Source: a virus
Taxonomy: Duplodnaviria; Caudoviricetes
IMG/VR virus record: IMGVR_UViG_3300031228_000008
Location: 1 to 49,728 of that record
Strand: one strand, 5' to 3'
DNA length: 49,728 nt
Shown: one piece after another, positions 18,000-27,394 of the stretch
Numbering within the stretch: position 1 is the first letter of the stretch
How the letters are laid out: every line of letters starts with the position of its first letter
Made by a program: the position numbers and the translations under genes
The notes under the pieces: model-generated
Databases searched by the model: none
Told to the model about the DNA's origin: nothing
What the model saw: the letters and a program-made list of their open reading frames with translations, nothing else

Positions 18000-19319
18000 T
18001 CAGGCTTCGGCGTCCGCCATCATCGCGACCAGGTCCGCATCCGAGACCGGGACCAGATCGTCCTCGTCCTCGTCGTCCGTCCCGGGATCGGGGTCCGGGA
18101 CCGATCCAGTGGAGGGGTCCGTGGAGGCCGACCCCGGGACGGTGACGGTCTTGGTCTCGCCCTGGCCCTTCGGGACGATCTCACGGGCCACCACGGCGGT
18201 CTTCTCGCCCTCGGACTCCTCCTCCTTGGCGGCGGCCGCCAGGACCTTCGAGATGGCCTCCTGGGCCGCCTGGAGCTTCGAGGCGTTGGCGGCGGACAGG
18301 ACCGCCCCCTTCTTCGTGTCGAGGGACGCCAGGATCTCCTGGGCGTCCTTGAAGTCCATGTCCCCGAGGTCGGCGGACGCGGTCTCCGGCGCGGTCGGCG
18401 TCGACCCGGCAGGCGCGACCGTCGCTTGGATGTCGACCTCCTGGGCATCCCCGAGGAGAACCCCGCCATCGTCGTCGATCGTGTAGGGGAACTGGTACGT
18501 CGTGGTCTGCTTCTCGCCGGAGTAGACCCGGATCGTTGCCACCACGGAGGAGTCGAAGGTCCCCTCGACCGAGACCCACCAGTCATTCTCGGGACCGACC
18601 TCCCCGTAGACCTCGACGGCCCAGGCGCGCACGGCCCCACGGACCGCCTCCTGGGTCTCCTCGAAGCTCCCAGACAGGGCCGGCAGGGACTTGGTCTCCC
18701 CGGCCTCGCCGGCCACGGACTCGAACAGTGTCTCGATCGTCTTGGCCTTGGCCTCGTCGAGGTCGAGGCGGTCGAGGGTCGAACGGATGAGGGACTTGGC
18801 GGACATGGTGCGGGCCTCCTGGTTCATGCCGAACGTCGTGGGTGATCCTTCCCAGACGAAAATCTTGGTCAGTAGCCGGCGGCCATCCGGTAGGTTCTTG
18901 AAGCCGTCCATGGGCGTCTCGTAGCCGATGCTCCACCCCAGGTCCTCGTGGAAGACGACCTTCCGGTAGGCCTTGAACGACTCGGGGTCTTCGAGGTCGA
19001 AGGCCACCTTGAACTGGAGCGCGCCCAGGCCCTTCGCGATGAGGTCCGCCGGGAGGCGGGGGTCACCCGGTGCAAGCTCCTCGTACTCCAGGACCTTGCC
19101 CACCAGGGTCTTCAAGTCGTGGGACCAGACGACCTTGGGGTTCCGCTTGAACTGGAACGCGCCCGGGGCGATGATGTCGCCTCCGTCGTCCGTGTTCCCG
19201 GTCACCGCGACGAGGGCGATGACCGTTCCCGGCTCATCCTCGACGACGGTGGCGGCGAGGCCGTCGAAGGCCTTGAACTCCAGGACGGGAGCTTCCTTGG
19301 TCGTCGTCGCTACTGGCAC
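18000..19319 (-). CDS. HK97-family prohead protease with long C-terminal extension
   Basis: GNTDDGGDIIAPGAF, WSHD, WSIGY, WEGSPTTFGMN; GAVLSAAN motif in the extension. Confidence 0.9.
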   Translation of the reverse strand: MPVATTTKEAPVLEFKAFDGLAATVVEDEPGTVIALVAVTGNTDDGGDIIAPGAFQFKRNPKVVWSHDLKTLVGKVLEYEELAPGDPRLPADLIAKGLGALQFKVAFDLEDPESFKAYRKVVFHEDLGWSIGYETPMDGFKNLPDGRRLLTKIFVWEGSPTTFGMNQEARTMSAKSLIRSTLDRLDLDEAKAKTIETLFESVAGEAGETKSLPALSGSFEETQEAVRGAVRAWAVEVYGEVGPENDWWVSVEGTFDSSVVATIRVYSGEKQTTTYQFPYTIDDDGGVLLGDAQEVDIQATVAPAGSTPTAPETASADLGDMDFKDAQEILASLDTKKGAVLSAANASKLQAAQEAISKVLAAAAKEEESEGEKTAVVAREIVPKGQGETKTVTVPGSASTDPSTGSVPDPDPGTDDEDEDDLVPVSDADLVAMMADAEA

Positions 19320-19427
19320 GGGATCGCCTCCGGTCGTGAAGGGTGAGGGGTTGGGGCTTAGTCCACTTCCGTCCCATGTAGGAGTCCGTGACGGACTTCT
19401 TGGGACCGCGGAGCCTGGCCATCGGGG

Positions 19428-19625
19428 TCAGGGTACCGGTCCGGGGTCATCGGGGTCCGTGACCTCGACGAGGCCCGGGTGGGGATCTCCGTGGGCCATG
19501 GCCAGGTAGGCGGACGCGTGGTACTCGGGGAGGCCGGTCAGTTCCATGATGATCTCCAGGGCCTCATCGTCGTCGAGGTCCGTGATCGGGATGGATTCGT
19601 CGTCGAGGTCATCCGGGGTTGGCAT
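19428..19625 (-). CDS. Small acidic protein; candidate immunity protein for the MuF C-terminal domain
   Basis: AGGAG RBS 12 nt after the MuF stop; 65 aa, Asp/Glu-rich. Confidence 0.55.
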   Translation of the reverse strand: MPTPDDLDDESIPITDLDDDEALEIIMELTGLPEYHASAYLAMAHGDPHPGLVEVTDPDDPGPVP

Positions 19626-19637
19626 GGGTGGCGTCTC

Positions 19638-21332
19638 CTACTCGATGAGGCCGGCGGTCTTGAAGACCTTGCGGAAGGCCTTGGCGATGGGTGCGAAGTC
19701 GTCGTCCGCCCACTGGACGGGGTACTGGGGGGAGACCTCCCCGATGAAGTTGGCGAAGTCCTTTGCGAGGGCGGCGTTCCCGGACTCCATGGTGATCCAC
19801 TGGTGGTAGCTCCGGGCGAAGACCTCGCGTGGGTCGAGGAGGTACTTGACGAAGTCGTAGTCGATGCGGATGTTCACGACCCGGCCATCCGGGAGGACCT
19901 TGGTCGGGATCTGGGCGTTCTTCCCGGTGAGAGATCGGAGGGTCGTGATCGCGTCGGACTGGTCGACGGCGTCCCACCACTCCTTCAAGATCGCATCCGG
20001 GACCCCACGGGCCGCCTCCTCGGACGAGAACGCGCCGGCCTTCCCGAAGTCCTGGTGGTCGAAGTAGTGGCCGAACTCGTGGGCGAAGACCCCGCCCTGT
20101 TGGTTGCCGGCGGAGGAGACGTTGAGGTCGACAGAGTCCCCCTTGTGGGTGTACCGGTACGCGCCCAACTGCTTCTGGCCCGAGGTCTGCTGGATCGGTA
20201 TGGAGGGCATACCGGTCGGGGACGAGTGGATCTTGTCTATCTCCGCCTTGGCGTTGGCCACGCCCTTCTGGACCTTGGTCCCCGGTCCGATGGCGTCACC
20301 CCCGGTTGTCTCGTACTGGCGGGTCGTCCGGTTCCACTTCTGCTTCACGGGCTTCGTGACGCGGTCGGGGAGATGTTGGGTGGCCGTGGCCCGGTCCGGC
20401 CCCTTCCTGGGTCGTAGCGGGGCGTTGGGGACGTCTGGGGCGGCCTCGGTGGGGACGGGGGTGATCTCGTCGGGGAGGTCGGGGGTCTCGGCGTCATCGA
20501 CGACCCTCTCGTAGAGCATCGTGCATCGGCAGTTGACGACCTCCGCCGCGCCACCGGTCGGGTCCCCGGGGTAGTCCATCCGCGACGCGCCCACGGAGAA
20601 CTTCTCGTCCAGGCCCACGGTCTGGCCGTCCGCCATGACGTGGGACGACCTGGTCCGATGGTCGACGGCGGCCAACCACTTCTTCTTCCCGACCACGCCG
20701 GAGGCCTTGGCCCCCCGGAAGCTCCCAGCGTTGGCCGCGCCGATCGTCTCGGTCCGGGCGATGGTGCGCGCCCGGTAGCCCTTGGCCTGGGCGAAGACCC
20801 CGCCGATCCGCTTGGCGATCCCGTCGATGGACTCCCCGGCGATCTCTCCGTCCGCTATCGCCACCTGGACCTTCAACCAGGTCGACTCGACGGTCCCACG
20901 GAGGCGGTCGGATCGGTGGAGGAGGTCGGAGGTAACTTCCGGGTCCTGGAGGTTCCAGGAGACCCCGAGGCCCTGGGAGGTCTCCTCCCCGAAGGCCTCG
21001 TAGACGTTCGTGATCGTGGGCAGGACGCCCTCGACGAAGGCGTCCGCCTCCTTGACCGGGTCGAAGACGCGGCGGGGGTCGATGGCCTTCTTCTCCATCG
21101 TCGGGTCCCAGGTGTCCCCGTAGTCCCAATGCCGGGTCCCCTTGCGCGTACCGGCGGACTGGAGCTTGGCCAGGGTCTTCGCCTCCTGGGCGGCCATGGC
21201 CTTCTTCACGGCCCGGAAGACCTCGACCTCGAAGCGGTCCAGCTTCGCCCCGGCGGCCTTGCGGGCGTGGCGGAACGGGTCCCGATCCGACCCGGGCTTA
21301 GGCCCCCCGTTGGGGGTGGTAACGAAAGGGGG
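19638..21332 (-). CDS. MuF (SPP1 gp7-like) minor head protein with C-terminal HExxH metallopeptidase-like domain; frame open from 21332, first GTG at 21209
   Basis: RARTIARTE, KKWLAAVDHRTRSSH, YPGDP...VVNCRC; FAHEFGH...EVFARSY. Confidence 0.9.
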   Translation of the reverse strand, partial: PPFVTTPNGGPKPGSDRDPFRHARKAAGAKLDRFEVEVFRAVKKAMAAQEAKTLAKLQSAGTRKGTRHWDYGDTWDPTMEKKAIDPRRVFDPVKEADAFVEGVLPTITNVYEAFGEETSQGLGVSWNLQDPEVTSDLLHRSDRLRGTVESTWLKVQVAIADGEIAGESIDGIAKRIGGVFAQAKGYRARTIARTETIGAANAGSFRGAKASGVVGKKKWLAAVDHRTRSSHVMADGQTVGLDEKFSVGASRMDYPGDPTGGAAEVVNCRCTMLYERVVDDAETPDLPDEITPVPTEAAPDVPNAPLRPRKGPDRATATQHLPDRVTKPVKQKWNRTTRQYETTGGDAIGPGTKVQKGVANAKAEIDKIHSSPTGMPSIPIQQTSGQKQLGAYRYTHKGDSVDLNVSSAGNQQGGVFAHEFGHYFDHQDFGKAGAFSSEEAARGVPDAILKEWWDAVDQSDAITTLRSLTGKNAQIPTKVLPDGRVVNIRIDYDFVKYLLDPREVFARSYHQWITMESGNAALAKDFANFIGEVSPQYPVQWADDDFAPIAKAFRKVFKTAGLIE

Positions 21333-22680
21333 TCACCACCCCTTCCTTCTTCTCCAGGGCTTCGAGGGCCGCCTTCGCGCCGGCCTCCGCCGCGGCCTGG
21401 ACCATCGAGATCGGGGCCGTGTTCTGGCCGTCGATGGCGTAGGGGACCTCACCCATGGGACGCCAGTAGGCGCGGGCCTCGTCGGACCCCACGGGATCGC
21501 GACCGGTCTCCTCCAGGTAGGAGTCCAGGGTCCGGGTCCCCTTCGTGACCTCGTCCCGCATCTCCTCGCGGCGGGCCTTCTCGGCGCGCTGGAGAACCTC
21601 CACGCCGGACAGGTCGAAGCCGGTGAAGGTGTCCTCCGCCCCATCGAGTTCGTCGAGGCCGGCTCCGAGGAGGGCCAGGTGGCCCAACTCCTGGGCCTCC
21701 CAGAGGAGGGACCGTTCCGCTTCGGCGTTGTCGTAGGTCCGCTGGGAGGCGTTCCCGTAGGCCAGGGACTCGGGGACACCGAAGGCCCCGAGGATGTCGA
21801 CCTTCGTGTTCGCCAGGGCCTCGACGTACTGGGCGTCCCTCGGAGAGGTCGCGGTATCGACCCAGTCCAGGCCGTCCGCTTCGAGGATCGTGATACGACC
21901 GGCCCCGGACGTGCCGACGTTGAACCGGGCGTCCAGTTCCTCCTCGACCTCCTCGTCCATCTCGCCCTTCACGCCCACAATCCCGCCTGGCCGTCCGTCG
22001 TTCTGGAGGAACGTCCGGTTGTAGAGGCGGGCGAGGACGTCGATGTCGATGGGCAGGCCGGCGGCCTCCAGGGGCGTCATGCCGGCGAGAGGGTCGACGG
22101 GATGCGGGAGGCGAATCCAGGCGACCTCGGACGGGTCGAGGGTCTCCACGTTGCCCTGGCCGTGGTCGACCTCGAAGTGGTCGACGAGACGGATGGCCTC
22201 GCCCTTGGCCATGCCGGACGTGGCGAGGCGCGGGTTCGGGACCGGCGACGTCTTGCGCGGGTCGAGGAGGTACAGGTGACGGATCGCCCCACCCCGGTCC
22301 ATGATCTTCTGGATGAAGGCCCCCTTCCGCGAGAGAAGGACCTGGGCGGACAGGCGGTAGCGGAAGACGTAGGCGTTCTCGTCGGGGTTGGCCCGGTGGT
22401 TGAGGAGGCGGACGAGGTCGTGGTCCTCGATCGGTTGGCCCTTGTCGCGGTCGTCCTGGCGGACCACGGCGGGGAGGCGGGCCTGGGTGTCGGAGATGAC
22501 GTGGACCGCCCGGAAGACGGGTACCACCTTCTTCAACGCGTCCTTGATGACCCGGTCCAGGTCCCACGAGTCCTTGTAAGGGACGCCCACCTTCTGGGGA
22601 CCCAGAGCAGGGAAGTACGCGGACCGCGCGTCCTTGGTCTCCATGGACCGGCCGGACTTGATGTCGGACACGAACTTCAT
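21298..22680 (-). CDS. Portal protein (HK97 family)
   Basis: VFRAVHVISD..ARLP, LLNHRANP, GMTPLEAA, FLQNDGRPGG, ILGAFGVP, RTYDNAE. Confidence 0.95.
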   Translation of the reverse strand: MKFVSDIKSGRSMETKDARSAYFPALGPQKVGVPYKDSWDLDRVIKDALKKVVPVFRAVHVISDTQARLPAVVRQDDRDKGQPIEDHDLVRLLNHRANPDENAYVFRYRLSAQVLLSRKGAFIQKIMDRGGAIRHLYLLDPRKTSPVPNPRLATSGMAKGEAIRLVDHFEVDHGQGNVETLDPSEVAWIRLPHPVDPLAGMTPLEAAGLPIDIDVLARLYNRTFLQNDGRPGGIVGVKGEMDEEVEEELDARFNVGTSGAGRITILEADGLDWVDTATSPRDAQYVEALANTKVDILGAFGVPESLAYGNASQRTYDNAEAERSLLWEAQELGHLALLGAGLDELDGAEDTFTGFDLSGVEVLQRAEKARREEMRDEVTKGTRTLDSYLEETGRDPVGSDEARAYWRPMGEVPYAIDGQNTAPISMVQAAAEAGAKAALEALEKKEGVVTPFRYHPQRGA

Positions 22681-23069
22681 CGGTAGCTACCCCAGTTCAA
22701 GGCTTCGTCACGACGCCGGTTGTTCTCGTCTCCCGTGACCGGTTCCAGGTGCTCCGGGTGCGGTCGGACACAAAGGGAGTTCCGGCAGACGTGGTCGATC
22801 TCGTATCCGGCCGGGATGGGGGCAACGAAATGCTCCCAAGCCCACCGGTAGGCGTAGACGTTGTGGCCATCGCCGGACCAGAAGACGGGGTAGCCCTCCG
22901 GGGTCTTGGCCCCGGTCCAGATCCAACAGGTCTCGGTCTGGTCGACCTTCTCCATGAAGCGGTCGAGGGCGGGGCGACGACGGGCGTGGCCGTTCTTGAA
23001 CCGTCGAGGGCGACCCTTCCGGTCGCACGGTTCGATCATCGTTCCGCATCCGCACGCGCACGGCGTCAT
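22677..23069 (-). CDS. HNH endonuclease (free-standing homing type)
   Basis: CACGCG, CWIWTG, IDHVCRNSLCVRP..HLEPVT..EN. Confidence 0.88.
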   Translation of the reverse strand: MTPCACGCGTMIEPCDRKGRPRRFKNGHARRRPALDRFMEKVDQTETCWIWTGAKTPEGYPVFWSGDGHNVYAYRWAWEHFVAPIPAGYEIDHVCRNSLCVRPHPEHLEPVTGDENNRRRDEALNWGSYR

Positions 23070-23073
23070 CTAG

Positions 23074-23352
23074 CTACTCACTTCCCATGAGGTAGGCAAC
23101 AACCAGGGATGATCCTGCCAGGCCGGCGAGGCCGTACCCCACCGGATGGCCGATGGCGATGAGGGCGGCGGCCGGTCCGGCCACGGCCCAGAAGACGATG
23201 AGGGCGGCCAGGGCGACGATCGACGTCCAATGGAACCGGGGGGCCTGGTCGTCGGCCTCGACGGTCCGGAGCTTCTTCTTCGGCGGATGGATCGCGACGT
23301 CCACCATGTCCTCCATCCGGGGACGGGGACGGACTCGTGGAGTGGCGGCCAT
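23074..23352 (-). CDS. Membrane protein (2 TM), probably leaderless
   Basis: Hydrophobic C-terminal half; TAGCAT 8 nt before the ATG. Confidence 0.6.
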   Translation of the reverse strand: MAATPRVRPRPRMEDMVDVAIHPPKKKLRTVEADDQAPRFHWTSIVALAALIVFWAVAGPAAALIAIGHPVGYGLAGLAGSSLVVAYLMGSE

Positions 23353-23385
23353 GGCCTCGGATGCTACCTCCGGGCCTGGCGCGGT

Positions 23386-23450
23386 GGAGGGAGTGGACCG
23401 AAGCCCACCCCCTCCGGACATGGGCGAGACCCACCAGTCCAACCCATGTC
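23386..23450 (-). terminator. Tandem hairpins between the terminase and portal units
   Basis: GACAUGGG...CCCAUGUC and GGAGGGGGUGGGC-UUCG-GUCCACUCCCUCC. Confidence 0.55.
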
Positions 23451-23494
23451 GAGGGTTGACGGTAGACGCGGAACGACCCCCGTCCGAGGAGGGC

Positions 23495-23707
23495 CTACCG
23501 GTTGCGGCGTCGTGAGGCCTTCTGGAGTTTCCGCCTGGCCCTCCGCTTCGCCTGGAACGAGGCGTCCCTTTGGACGGTGCGCGACAGGAGGGCGACAGTC
23601 TCGGGCGTTCCGTGTATCTGGACCCACTCGTCTCGGGGGAAGCCTGGGGCCTTGGCCCTCGACTCGAACTCCGCGGCGGAGATCGTCTCTCCGGTGGGGA
23701 CGTGCAT
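23495..23707 (-). CDS. Hypothetical protein with basic C-terminus
   Basis: AGGAGG RBS; MHVPTGET... Confidence 0.6.
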   Translation of the reverse strand: MHVPTGETISAAEFESRAKAPGFPRDEWVQIHGTPETVALLSRTVQRDASFQAKRRARRKLQKASRRRNR

Positions 23708-23794
23708 GATGGGACCTCCTGGTCTGGTGGATGAGGTCCCGCCTCCCGGCCACCTGGCGATGCCAGTCCCGGCCACGACGGGGATGACGGGAGC

Positions 23795-25270
23795 CTACGT
23801 GACGACGCGGACCTTCTTCTTCTTCGTGTCCCCGAGGAGTTCGGTGATCGCATAGACGAGGGCGTCGACCCGGTCCGGGGAGTCCGTGGTCTCCCCCGGT
23901 ACCCACTCGACCATCTGGGTCTCCAGGCCCTCCTCCCCTTCGACCTCGCCGGACGTGCCTACGTGGGCCTGTTGAGAGTCCAGCATCCCGACGTGGTGGA
24001 CACGGTGAAGTTCGTACATGGTGGAGACCGGTTCGGCCCTGGTCTTCTTGCCGCGCTTGGCCGTGACCTTCTCGACTTTCACCCGGGGCCGGATGGCGTG
24101 GATGTTCCGGGCCACCAGGTCCCAACCCATGTTGACCTCCGCGACGATCTTGTCCGCGTCGTGCATGTCGTAGGCGGCGAGGACCGCGTTCGCCCACTCG
24201 ATGGGGGTCCCTCGGAGGGAGTAGTCCCCGAGGACGTAGGCGTGACCGTTCTCCCTCGACCCTTGGCGGCCGGCGACGATGATGCCGGTCTCGTCGGCGT
24301 CGGGTCCGGACGTGCCGGCGGGGTCGACGGCCACGACCACGACGTCCAGATCCGGGACCGGAAGGTAGAGGCCGCCTTCTTCGTTCTGGACCCAGCGGAC
24401 CCGGTCGGCGTCGATCATCGACCTCCGCCACAACGCTCCCTCCACGTCTTCGAGGACGAGGGCGTGAAGTTCCTGGAGGCCCAGGCGGGTCCCCTCGTAC
24501 TTCTTCAAGATCCGGCGGATGAACGACTCGGCCAGGTTGGCCAGGTTCCGGAACGAAGACCCCGTGGTGACGATCGTCTCGTCGTCGTTCATGATCGCCT
24601 TCAACCAGGGGAGAGGTCGGGGCGTCCCGGTCAGGAGGGCTTGGGGTGATCGCCCGAGGCGTAGGCCGAACTCGATGTTGTCCCAGGCCTCCTCTCCGAA
24701 TCGCCACGAGGCGGGTTCGTCACCCCAGACGAAGTCGTACTGGGGTCCACGGAGGCGGTCGGGTTCGTCGGCGGAGAAGACGGTGGCGGTGGCCCCGTTG
24801 TCCCAGGTGACCCTCCGCTTCGAGGGTTCGTAGTCGGGCTTGTCCCAGTCGGGATGTACCGCGAGGAGTCCGGATTCCCCCTCGATCATGATGTCCCGGG
24901 CATCGCCCGCGGTGGGGGCGACGATGGCGATACGTCCGGCCTTCCCGTCCCGGACCCTCCGCTTCGTCGTCTCCGCCCCGGTCCGGGTCTTCCCGTAGCC
25001 ACGACCGGCCCGGATGAACCAGACCTTCTTCTCCCCCACGTTGAACGCGACCGGTTCCTGTTGGTCGGGTCGGCCCCAGAAGTGCCAGTCGTACCGGAGG
25101 GCGCGGGCCTGGTCTTCGGTGAGCTTGCGGAGGGCGTCGTCCCAGTCCCCGGTGAGGACCAGTTCTTCCGCCATGGACCAGGTGTCCCTGGGAAGGTTGG
25201 CGACGTTGAAGGAGTCGAGAGTGAGGGTGGGGATCGGTTCCGTAGCGGTCAACGGTCCCCCCCAGGTCAT
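23795..25270 (-). CDS. terL: Terminase large subunit
   Basis: Walker A AGRGYGKT, Walker B VWGDE, TGTP, nuclease VAVDPA, DETGII, PDRVDA. Confidence 0.96.
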   Translation of the reverse strand: MTWGGPLTATEPIPTLTLDSFNVANLPRDTWSMAEELVLTGDWDDALRKLTEDQARALRYDWHFWGRPDQQEPVAFNVGEKKVWFIRAGRGYGKTRTGAETTKRRVRDGKAGRIAIVAPTAGDARDIMIEGESGLLAVHPDWDKPDYEPSKRRVTWDNGATATVFSADEPDRLRGPQYDFVWGDEPASWRFGEEAWDNIEFGLRLGRSPQALLTGTPRPLPWLKAIMNDDETIVTTGSSFRNLANLAESFIRRILKKYEGTRLGLQELHALVLEDVEGALWRRSMIDADRVRWVQNEEGGLYLPVPDLDVVVVAVDPAGTSGPDADETGIIVAGRQGSRENGHAYVLGDYSLRGTPIEWANAVLAAYDMHDADKIVAEVNMGWDLVARNIHAIRPRVKVEKVTAKRGKKTRAEPVSTMYELHRVHHVGMLDSQQAHVGTSGEVEGEEGLETQMVEWVPGETTDSPDRVDALVYAITELLGDTKKKKVRVVT

Positions 25271-25635
25271 GAACCCTCGATGACGTTGAGGGCGGCGAGG
25301 ATCGCTGGGTGGCGGCGTGAACCGTCGCGCCGGGTCTCGTCGAGGATCGCCAGGACCTCCTCCAACTTGCGGCCGGCGTCGGAGTCGACCTCGGTGGTCA
25401 TGCCCTCGTACAGGGACAGGATCTCCTCTGGCGTGGGCTGGAGGAGGGCGGCGGCCTGGGCGAGGGTGGCCATGGTCTGGGCGGCCTGGAGCTTCTCCTG
25501 GACGGAACAGTAGGCCCCGGGGGCGTTGGCCTCTCCCCAGGCCTCGTCGAGGACGCGACGCGCCCAGGCGATCATGGGGCGGGGGTTCGGCGTGTAGGTC
25601 GTCGGGTCGCCCTGGGCGTCTTCGTGCATGGTCAT
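25267..25635 (-). CDS. Hypothetical protein
   Basis: ATGA-coupled ORF. Confidence 0.6.
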   Translation of the reverse strand: MTMHEDAQGDPTTYTPNPRPMIAWARRVLDEAWGEANAPGAYCSVQEKLQAAQTMATLAQAAALLQPTPEEILSLYEGMTTEVDSDAGRKLEEVLAILDETRRDGSRRHPAILAALNVIEGS

Positions 25636-26015
25636 GGATGCTCCAATGCTTCGGGGCCGGGACAGTTCTCCTGGAGGAGCTTGTGGAACGGGGTCCCGTC
25701 CCGGGTGAACTGGATCGCCCCCTGGCAGTTCCGGCAGACCGGGAAGACCTTGTGGGGCATCCCGAGGGAGAACGGTCGGAGCGCGGTCCCCTGCTGGGTG
25801 TACCAGAAGACGCGCTCCCCGTTGCCGATGCGGGCCACGTCGATCTCGTCGAGGACGATCCGGATGTGGAACATGGGCGTCCCGTCCACGATCTCGGTCA
25901 AGGCCTCGACCGCCTCGATCCCGCCCTCTCCGGTCAGGTCTCCGTCAGGGGCGGCGATGACCTTCCGGGTGGCGTTCTCCCAGACCTCCTCGTCCGGGAT
26001 GATCGACGGCCTCAT
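25632..26015 (-). CDS. Hypothetical protein with C-terminal CxxC...H...C
   Basis: Coupled ORF. Confidence 0.6.
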   Translation of the reverse strand: MRPSIIPDEEVWENATRKVIAAPDGDLTGEGGIEAVEALTEIVDGTPMFHIRIVLDEIDVARIGNGERVFWYTQQGTALRPFSLGMPHKVFPVCRNCQGAIQFTRDGTPFHKLLQENCPGPEALEHP

Positions 26016-26017
26016 GG

Positions 26018-26245
26018 TCAGGCCTGGGGGGAGTCGGTGACCGGGCGGCCCGGAACGCGGGCGGCCTCGACGTCGGCCTTGATCGCGAGGGCCTGGTCGA
26101 CGGGAACCAGGACATCCCGAAGCAGGCCCAGGCCCTTCTCGACGAGGACGGCGGGACTGACCATCCGGGCGTCCGCCTCCTCGCGGACCCAGGCCTCCAG
26201 GTCCGGCTCGATCGAGACGGTGAGGGACTTCTTCTTCGTGGGCAT
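26018..26245 (-). CDS. Ribbon-helix-helix-like DNA-binding protein
   Basis: LTVSIEPDLEAWVREEA...SPAVLVEKGL. Confidence 0.6.
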   Translation of the reverse strand: MPTKKKSLTVSIEPDLEAWVREEADARMVSPAVLVEKGLGLLRDVLVPVDQALAIKADVEAARVPGRPVTDSPQA

Positions 26246-26258
26246 GGTGGGTCTCCTT

Positions 26259-26495
26259 CTACTGGGGTTGGGGTGAGCCTAGCTCGATGCAGGCGGGGCA
26301 GGTCAGGACCGAGTCGTAGCCGGTCGCGCCGGCCAGGCGGTCGAAGCTCCGGTACTTCGGCATCGACGCGCCACAACGGACCTCGATGGTTCTGGTCCCC
26401 CTCTCGGTGGAGACCTCCTTCAAGGCGTGGATGAGGCCATCGAACGGTGAGGCCTCGACCTCTCGGGGCGTGGGCCACGCGACCTTCCTACCCAT
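26259..26495 (-). CDS. Hypothetical protein (HAL..CG..TCPAC)
   Basis: Start re-called at MGRKVAW. Confidence 0.5.
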   Translation of the reverse strand: MGRKVAWPTPREVEASPFDGLIHALKEVSTERGTRTIEVRCGASMPKYRSFDRLAGATGYDSVLTCPACIELGSPQPQ

Positions 26496-26700
26496 CGGGG
26501 TCCTCCGGGTCTCCGAACTCGATGTCCTGGTGGAAGTCGACCGGGTCCGCATCGGCACGGGACAGGGAGACCATGACGGTGATCCCATCGAGGACGAGGC
26601 CGATGGAGGCCCGGGACAGGACCTCGCCGGCCCTGGCGGCCTTCTCCGGGTCGTCGGTGACGACGGTGGCGGAGATGACCATGGTGTCGTCGGGGGTCAC
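26488..26700 (-). CDS. Hypothetical protein
   Basis: GTGA-coupled start. Confidence 0.55.
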   Translation of the reverse strand: MTPDDTMVISATVVTDDPEKAARAGEVLSRASIGLVLDGITVMVSLSRADADPVDFHQDIEFGDPEDPDG

Positions 26701-26897
26701 GAGACCGGCTCCAACTTCTCGACGGTCAAGGCCCCGGGTTGTTGGGCCAGGTGCATCCGCGTGGCCACGTCGGCCACGTACCCCTCCGCATCGTCGAGGG
26801 TGAAGAAGGTGGCCAACCACCCGGGACGCCCCTTGGGTGAGGCGACCAGGGCGACGCGGTAGCGGGGAACGGAGAGGTAGCGGTTCGGCGTCGTCAT
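26697..26897 (-). CDS. Hypothetical protein
   Basis: ATGA-coupled; MTTPNRYL... Confidence 0.55.
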   Translation of the reverse strand: MTTPNRYLSVPRYRVALVASPKGRPGWLATFFTLDDAEGYVADVATRMHLAQQPGALTVEKLEPVS

Positions 26898-27394
26898 CGC
26901 TTCCACTCCTGGGGCGACGTCGTGTCCCGGATGTAGAGGGGATGGCGGGGTGCGCCGGCCTTCGTGAGGCCCAGGACGTAGGGCGTCCGGTTGGCGTCGG
27001 CCATGAGGTCGAGGACCGGGTCCGCCCGATAGGTGGCGACGGTGGCGGCCCCCCACGCGGCCATGACGTTCCCGGCCTCCTCGAAGACGGCCTGGAGGAC
27101 CACGTCGTTCCCGGGGCCTACGGGGTCATCGACGAGGAGGAGGTCCGCTGGATCGGTGGCCCGGTAGGCGAACAGGTTGACCACGGAGATTCCCGAGAAC
27201 CCCCAGGTCTGGGCGAACTTCTGGCACTTCCGGATGGTCGGGTCGTCCTCGGTGGCGTCGGCGGTCGAAGGGTTCAACATGACCCAGACAAGGTCCGGGC
27301 CGTCCTCCCACTTCCGGGTCAGGGCGTACCGGTAGAGGCCGTCCGGGGAGACGATGGCGTCCGCCTCGACGTCGGGCAGGAGAGGGAGGGTCAC
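26894..27394 (-). CDS. DUF1643 family protein
   Basis: YRYALTRKW, VMLNPSTADATEDDPT, NLFAYRATDP, AAWG, PRHPLY. Confidence 0.92.
   Translation of the reverse strand: MTLPLLPDVEADAIVSPDGLYRYALTRKWEDGPDLVWVMLNPSTADATEDDPTIRKCQKFAQTWGFSGISVVNLFAYRATDPADLLLVDDPVGPGNDVVLQAVFEEAGNVMAAWGAATVATYRADPVLDLMADANRTPYVLGLTKAGAPRHPLYIRDTTSPQEWKR

Noticed and set aside
19234-19422. 62-aa ORF before the protease
   Set aside because: It overlaps the protease start out of frame and has no clear RBS or motif.
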